Shown: positions 9,853 through 13,992 of the stretch, piece after piece
How positions within the stretch are numbered: position 1 is the first letter of the stretch
Layout of the letters: every line of letters begins with the position of its first letter
Source of the DNA: Candidatus Thorarchaeota archaeon
GTDB taxonomy: Archaea > Asgardarchaeota > Thorarchaeia > Thorarchaeales > Thorarchaeaceae
Reading direction: 5' to 3'
Assembly: GCA_048882385.1 (NCBI GenBank)
Contig: JBHLRQ010000082.1
Location: 1 to 13,992 of the forward strand
Length of the DNA stretch: 13,992 bases
Notes under the pieces: model-generated
What the model saw: the letters and a program-made list of their open reading frames with translations, nothing else
What the model was told of the DNA's origin: nothing
Database searches by the model: none
Translations under genes and position numbers: made by a program

Positions 9853-9995
9853 CGTTTAGTACCTCCCCAAACCGGGTTAGTATGTCGGTGTTCATTTAGC
9901 CCATAATGTCACTCAGGTCTTACAGAACCCGAGTGAGAAAGAATCGCACGGGGGTTCATTCCCGTTGTTTTGCTGTGAGCATTCGAAACACCTAT
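9853..9995 (-). promoter_or_regulatory. Structured 5' leader (candidate attenuator/RNA switch) of the ABC-2 operon
   Basis: 10-bp stem TCACTCGGGT/ACCTGAGTGA (9909-9936), a CGGG/CCCG hairpin over the uORF stop, and the SD in the loop of GTTTGG/CTAAAC; all conserved in the second copy. Confidence 0.55.
9956..9982 (-). CDS. Putative 8-aa leader peptide MLTAKQRE
   Basis: ATG CTC ACA GCA AAA CAA CGG GAA TGA, with GGTG 6 nt upstream; same length, SD, start and stop in copy 2. Confidence 0.5.
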   Translation of the reverse strand: MLTAKQRE

Positions 9996-10012
9996 CTTGG
10001 GGCGGTATACTC

Positions 10013-10031
10013 TTTGTATATGAATTTTTCC
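10013..10031 (-). promoter_or_regulatory. Putative BRE-TATA promoter of leader/ABC-2 operon
   Basis: GGAAAAATTCATATACAAA; the box TTCATATA starts 42 nt upstream of the uORF ATG, the same spacing as in copy 2. Confidence 0.5.
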
Positions 10032-10085
10032 AGTCATGTAGAAATTAGGAGAGGGAATATCTATCTCAACTAATTCATCTAGCAT

Positions 10086-12311
10086 CTACTTCTTCTTGAT
10101 CACAATAACAACAAGCACAATAACTGCTGCCGTAATCAATCCAATAGTACCTACCATTATGAGTGGCCCATAATCGTCTGGAGTTGTTGGCGTTGTTGTT
10201 TCTGTGGGTCCTGTTGTTGGTGTAGTCGCTGTGTCCCACGTAATGGTTATTGACTGGGAGTTCTGATTTACCTCTGTGATTCCAATTGAATTATTGCTGA
10301 CCACGACTGAGTCATATATTACTGTTTGAGCTGTTGTACAAATTTCTGAAAAAATCCAAACTCCATCACTTCCAGTGTATATTGCATTGATTCCATTGAC
10401 AGTCACAGTCCCATCAGTTACGTATGAACCGGTGGCCTCATAGCAAAGCGTTACATAGCATTCTGATGCTTCATTGATATTACATTGAGTGTCATCGGCT
10501 GTGTATCTCTGTACTTGAACACAATCTGAAACATATATGCTGCTTTCAATGAAATGAAGCTGAGAATTTCCCTCAGACCCAGTTCCATTCAAAACCACGC
10601 TTGATGTATAGATGTCAATTCCTGGAATATCATCTGCATCAACAGTCATTGAGAAATATCCTGAATCCAGAGAATCGTCTAACCAAGGACCTGCACCTGA
10701 GTTCAATGAAGCGCTAACCCAAACATCAACTAATCCCGTATTTGGATTGATGCTAGAACCAAGGTATGTTAATGTCCCTGATACTGTTAATGACCCGCCA
10801 ATATTGCCCCAGTTACATGCTCCTATACCATCATCTATAGAGAAACCATGTATGTCTAGTCGTGTTTCATAATCATAGTTGACATAATAGATGTCTTCAT
10901 CGAAATCTCCCAAACTGTCCTGGACATACTGAACTAGAATATCATCCATCGTATCTGGATGTTCCCATTCAATGTAGAGATTAAAAGTAACATTCAGCTG
11001 AGTAGAACTCCTAGAATAATACCCACCAGTGAGGTTGATGAATGATATCCCTGCCTCCTCAGTGAATGTATTAGTGTCTTCATTGAATCTTATGGACCAT
11101 CTCAGCTCTGTCATGGAAGAGTCGTAGGATTCGAGATTAACATATTCAATGTGTGAGCATCCATCATCATCAATTACACTGATGTTGAACTCATACAGTT
11201 TGTGTCTTGCGTAGAGATTATCCACATCATCCAAATTTGTGCAAGCTGGCGCCTGAACATTTTCAGGGGCTGCGTTTGTGAGTCGGATGTACATTCGTCT
11301 GATTTTCCAATAATCCGTGTCATCGTCCCCAATTTGATACTCATCTCTAATGTTCACATAACAGTCTGACCCGACCAAGTATTCATGAATGTCCACATTG
11401 AATGTGCTATTCTGATCATCTCCAATAAGAAAGTCTGGCGTTGTGTCTCCTGATTCAAATCTGAAGTCCAAATACTCGGAACTTGAGTTTGAATCAAATT
11501 CAACGTATAATTTTTCAGATGTGAAATTGTTAAAGTCAACATCTGCAAATTTATAGGTGATATCCAAACCTCTAGCTTCATAATCATCTCCTGCATCGAT
11601 TCTCCAATTCTTACCCCCGACACTTTCCATCAGTCCCTGCACGTATCTAAAACGGACTCTGAAGTTTGAGTGCATGTATTGACTATCTGTTGAACTAAAG
11701 ACATAATCTTGTTCCACCATGTCTCCAGGAATAGTTCCAATCTCGTCCCAATTGGATGTTGAGTCATAGAAATCAATATACACTCCCCCCTGGATGATTG
11801 CAGATATGCACAACACTGTGAATCTCACAATGTCGTATCCACTTGTTGATACATCTGAACAAGTCAAATATCCAGAAGTAGCAGCGAGAGGTTCTGAGCC
11901 GAAGTAACCACCATAACCACCATAAACAATGTTACTATCTTCCCATCCTGATGGCAAGCCTTCAAATGTAGCCTGCGTCATCAGATTTGTCCAAGTTGTT
12001 CCAGCGTAGTAACTCTCTGTCAATTCAGTGGCTGATGCAGAGTCTTCTCCCATACCTAATGGTGGAGCTGATATATTTGTCCCGACGACAAATCCTTGAT
12101 ATGAGTCAACATAGTCGTCACCAGCAGCTGATGTATGGAAAATCCGTTCTCCCTCAATGATTGCTTCTGGTTGATATTTCGAATCTTCTTCTATTTTTAT
12201 GGTGCCACCTTGTCTGCTCATTGTTAATTGAGTTTCTGTTGGAATCATTAAGAGATACAGCATTAACAAGAATAAACTAATCACTACTGTTTTCTTTCTC
12301 CTAGCTTGCAT
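10086..12311 (-). CDS. Secreted, C-terminally membrane-anchored surface glycoprotein of unknown function
   Basis: Basic plus hydrophobic N-terminus (RRKKTVVISLFLLMLYLLMIP), acidic Asp/Ser/Thr/Tyr-rich body, many N-x-S/T sequons, Thr/Pro linker, C-terminal TM and KKK. The ATG at 12311 follows GGGGAG; an alternative GTG is at 12332. Confidence 0.8.
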   Translation of the reverse strand: MQARRKKTVVISLFLLMLYLLMIPTETQLTMSRQGGTIKIEEDSKYQPEAIIEGERIFHTSAAGDDYVDSYQGFVVGTNISAPPLGMGEDSASATELTESYYAGTTWTNLMTQATFEGLPSGWEDSNIVYGGYGGYFGSEPLAATSGYLTCSDVSTSGYDIVRFTVLCISAIIQGGVYIDFYDSTSNWDEIGTIPGDMVEQDYVFSSTDSQYMHSNFRVRFRYVQGLMESVGGKNWRIDAGDDYEARGLDITYKFADVDFNNFTSEKLYVEFDSNSSSEYLDFRFESGDTTPDFLIGDDQNSTFNVDIHEYLVGSDCYVNIRDEYQIGDDDTDYWKIRRMYIRLTNAAPENVQAPACTNLDDVDNLYARHKLYEFNISVIDDDGCSHIEYVNLESYDSSMTELRWSIRFNEDTNTFTEEAGISFINLTGGYYSRSSTQLNVTFNLYIEWEHPDTMDDILVQYVQDSLGDFDEDIYYVNYDYETRLDIHGFSIDDGIGACNWGNIGGSLTVSGTLTYLGSSINPNTGLVDVWVSASLNSGAGPWLDDSLDSGYFSMTVDADDIPGIDIYTSSVVLNGTGSEGNSQLHFIESSIYVSDCVQVQRYTADDTQCNINEASECYVTLCYEATGSYVTDGTVTVNGINAIYTGSDGVWIFSEICTTAQTVIYDSVVVSNNSIGITEVNQNSQSITITWDTATTPTTGPTETTTPTTPDDYGPLIMVGTIGLITAAVIVLVVIVIKKK

Positions 12312-12433
12312 CCTTCTATCTCCCCTGGCCACGCCAGTTATATCCCAATGTAAAAAGATCCTATTAATATTATCTAATTATTTTATCAACTAATGAAATA
12401 GGAATAAAAATGATGCATTGCGTTCCAAAAGCG

Positions 12434-12583
12434 CTATTTGTCTTGAAAAACAAAGCGAGGAGATTTTGAAGAGTAATGAAACAACGCTATGTCGTTCTTT
12501 CTTGTTGGGTTGATGATAGCCTCCCTTATTACACTGATGAAGGTCTTTGATAGGTTCTCAATTTCTGCAGCGTTACTTGTCAA
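12434..12583 (-). pseudogene. Truncated 5' fragment of ABC-2 ATPase (49-aa ORF)
   Basis: MTSNAAEIENLSKTFISVIREAIINPT matches MTSNAVEIENLSKTFISVKRKAIIIPT of 8860-9852, then runs into unrelated sequence and a TAG at 12434-12436. Confidence 0.8.
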
Positions 12584-12682
12584 CGTTTAGTACCTCCCCA
12601 AACCGGGTTAGTATGTCGGTGTTCATATAGCCCATAATGTCACTCAGGTCTTCCTGAACCCGAGTGAGAAAGAATCGCCGGG

Positions 12683-12709
12683 TCACTCCCGTGTAAGTAT
12701 CTTGAGCAT
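12683..12709 (-). CDS. Putative 8-aa leader peptide MLKILTRE
   Basis: ATG CTC AAG ATA CTT ACA CGG GAG TGA, with GGTG 6 nt upstream. Confidence 0.45.
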   Translation of the reverse strand: MLKILTRE

Positions 12710-12739
12710 GCGAAACACCCGCCGCCGAGGGGACAGGTT

Positions 12740-12758
12740 TTAGTAAATGAATATTTCC
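12740..12758 (-). promoter_or_regulatory. Putative BRE-TATA promoter, copy 2
   Basis: GGAAATATTCATTTACTAA, homologous to the copy 1 box and at identical distance from the uORF ATG. Confidence 0.4.
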
Positions 12759-12853
12759 ACTTATTGAGAACTGAGATTCTTGACCAAAAAATGGTGGCAA
12801 ACATTGAATGCTTGTTCCACTGGATTTTTCTTAGTTTGTTATGAACTAGTCAT

Positions 12854-13960
12854 ATGTCGCTGGTTGGAGGTGCTTTGCTCCAGATTGAGAATCTACGGGC
12901 TTATCATAGCTCTAAGGAAGGTCTAGTCAAAGCTGTCAATAATGTGTCCTTTGATATTCGAAGAGGCGAGAGCGTTGGGCTCCTGGGTGAGTCAGGAGCT
13001 GGGAAGAGCTCTATAGCCCTCGCAATTCTTGGTCTGTTCGAACGTCAGTCAAGATACTATGCCACTTCTGCAAAAAATAAGGAGAACCGGTATCTATGGA
13101 GTCTCAGAGATAAGGCAAGAGCAGAAGGTAAGACTTCAGAAGAGATGGGAGTTGAGCTTCCTGGTGTTGAGGGACATATCTGGTTTGATGGAATAGAACT
13201 TGTCAACTTAGACAAGAAGAAGCATCCCTCGATAATTGGGAACAGGATTACTTACATTCCACAGGGAACCTCAAAAGCTCTCAATCCACTTCTCACCATA
13301 GAAGCCCAGGTCTTGGAAAGTCTTTGGATGCAGTTCAGAGAGAAAGTGATAGACGACAAGAAGGCCGCCATGCAGGTTCTAGAAGCATTGGACCTAGTTG
13401 AACTCGGAGATATGGCTACTCGAAGAGAAATGTTTCCAACTGATTTCAGTACAGGTGAGGACCAGCGTGTACTACTTGCCATAGCTCTCATATCTCGACC
13501 TGATTTGATCATCGCAGATGAACCAACGACTGCAATGGATGCTGCATTGCAACATAGAATATTGACTGCTATCAGGCGTGCATGCGAAGACTTGGAACGA
13601 TCCATGCTTATGATTTCTAATGATCCCGGGGTTATCACTGCCACCTGTATCAAGGTTGGAGTCATGTCTTCCGGAATGATGATGGAGTTTGGCAGTGTAA
13701 AACATGTAATGAATGAGCCAGTGCATCCCTTTACACAGGCATTTCTCATGAGCAATCCAACGTTCGAGATGATGAAACAGATACGTCAGAGGGGTGAGAG
13801 GTTACGACCTATCCCTGGGAGACCACCAAGCCTGATTGACCTACCTAGAGGCTGTCCCTTCAACAGTCGTTGCTCAAAAGCTGAAGATATCTGCAAGGAG
13901 AAACGCCCTGAGTACAGAGAGATTGAATCTGGCCATTGGATCTACTGTCATCTGGCTTGA
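12854..13960 (+). CDS. OppD/DppD-like ABC ATP-binding protein with degenerate signature and H-loop
   Basis: GESGAGKSS, IPQGTSKALNP, FSTGEDQR, IIADEPTT, MISND, HPF, C-terminal GCPFNSRC...C...IYCH. Confidence 0.85.
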   Translation: MSLVGGALLQIENLRAYHSSKEGLVKAVNNVSFDIRRGESVGLLGESGAGKSSIALAILGLFERQSRYYATSAKNKENRYLWSLRDKARAEGKTSEEMGVELPGVEGHIWFDGIELVNLDKKKHPSIIGNRITYIPQGTSKALNPLLTIEAQVLESLWMQFREKVIDDKKAAMQVLEALDLVELGDMATRREMFPTDFSTGEDQRVLLAIALISRPDLIIADEPTTAMDAALQHRILTAIRRACEDLERSMLMISNDPGVITATCIKVGVMSSGMMMEFGSVKHVMNEPVHPFTQAFLMSNPTFEMMKQIRQRGERLRPIPGRPPSLIDLPRGCPFNSRCSKAEDICKEKRPEYREIESGHWIYCHLA

Positions 13961-13992
13961 AGTCTACGAATGGTACCAATTAGAGGTTATGT

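Larger units (their letters stand above)
9780..10031. repeat. Direct repeat copy 1 (promoter + leader + 5' end of ABC-2 ATPase)
   Basis: 9780-9947 matches 12511-12678 with 8 mismatches in 168 nt by manual alignment; patchy similarity continues to about 10031/12758. Confidence 0.95.
12511..12758. repeat. Direct repeat copy 2 (promoter + leader + 5' end of ABC-2 ATPase)
   Basis: See copy 1. The offset is 2731 nt in the core and 2727 nt beyond a net 4-nt indel just downstream of the uORF stop. Confidence 0.95.

Noticed and set aside
9962-9970. K-Q-R in the leader peptide as a macrolide-type +X+ arrest motif
   Set aside because: It is not conserved in copy 2 (L-T-R), so no specific inducer can be assigned.
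9905-9995. Cobalamin riboswitch, suggested by fragments AGGTG, ACGGGAA, CCCCCG and (C)AGGAAGACCTG in the leader
   Set aside because: The T-loop GGTGxAAxTCC and ACTG...GGGAAG elements are not visible, the spacing is too short, and the downstream genes are an exporter. A cmscan against the Rfam cobalamin models would settle it.
10043-10075. Imperfect hairpin after the surface-protein stop (AATTAG/GAGA...TCTC/CTAATT)
   Set aside because: A bulged, weak stem; it could be a terminator but is not supportable from sequence alone.
9780-12758. Transposon/IS, prophage or CRISPR interpretation of the repeat
   Set aside because: Only two long copies, no terminal inverted repeats or spacers seen, and no transposase, integrase or cas gene in the window.
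12573-12800. 75-aa ORF from the track (MPPFFGQ...)
   Set aside because: It runs through the promoter and leader of repeat copy 2; the equivalent frame in copy 1 is broken by a TAA and a 4-nt indel.
121-13755. Short antisense or alternate-frame ORFs (e.g. 121-465, 3543-4013, 4367-4723, 8226-8603, 13252-13755)
   Set aside because: All lie inside well-supported genes and show no recognisable motifs; they are treated as shadow ORFs.

Overview
Archaeal-looking window (TTTATAAA-type TATA box, GGAGG/GGTG SD sites, TTG/GTG starts; an Asgard/Thorarchaeota-like origin is only an impression). It contains a 5'-truncated nucleotidyltransferase-like gene, a complete minus-strand oppA-B-C-D-F peptide/nickel ABC importer operon, a minus-strand ABC-2 exporter operon (ATPase plus two permeases), a ~740-aa membrane-anchored surface glycoprotein gene, and a divergently oriented OppD-like ATPase with degenerate catalytic motifs. 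The most notable feature is a ~250-bp diverged direct repeat (9780-10031 and 12511-12758) flanking the surface-protein gene. Each copy carries a promoter-like box, an SD-led 8-codon leader ORF (MLTAKQRE* / MLKILTRE*), a conserved structured leader with mutually exclusive pairings, and the start of the ABC-2 ATPase. Comparing the two copies points to a candidate leader-peptide/RNA-switch control of an archaeal ABC exporter, and to an insertion or replacement event at that locus.
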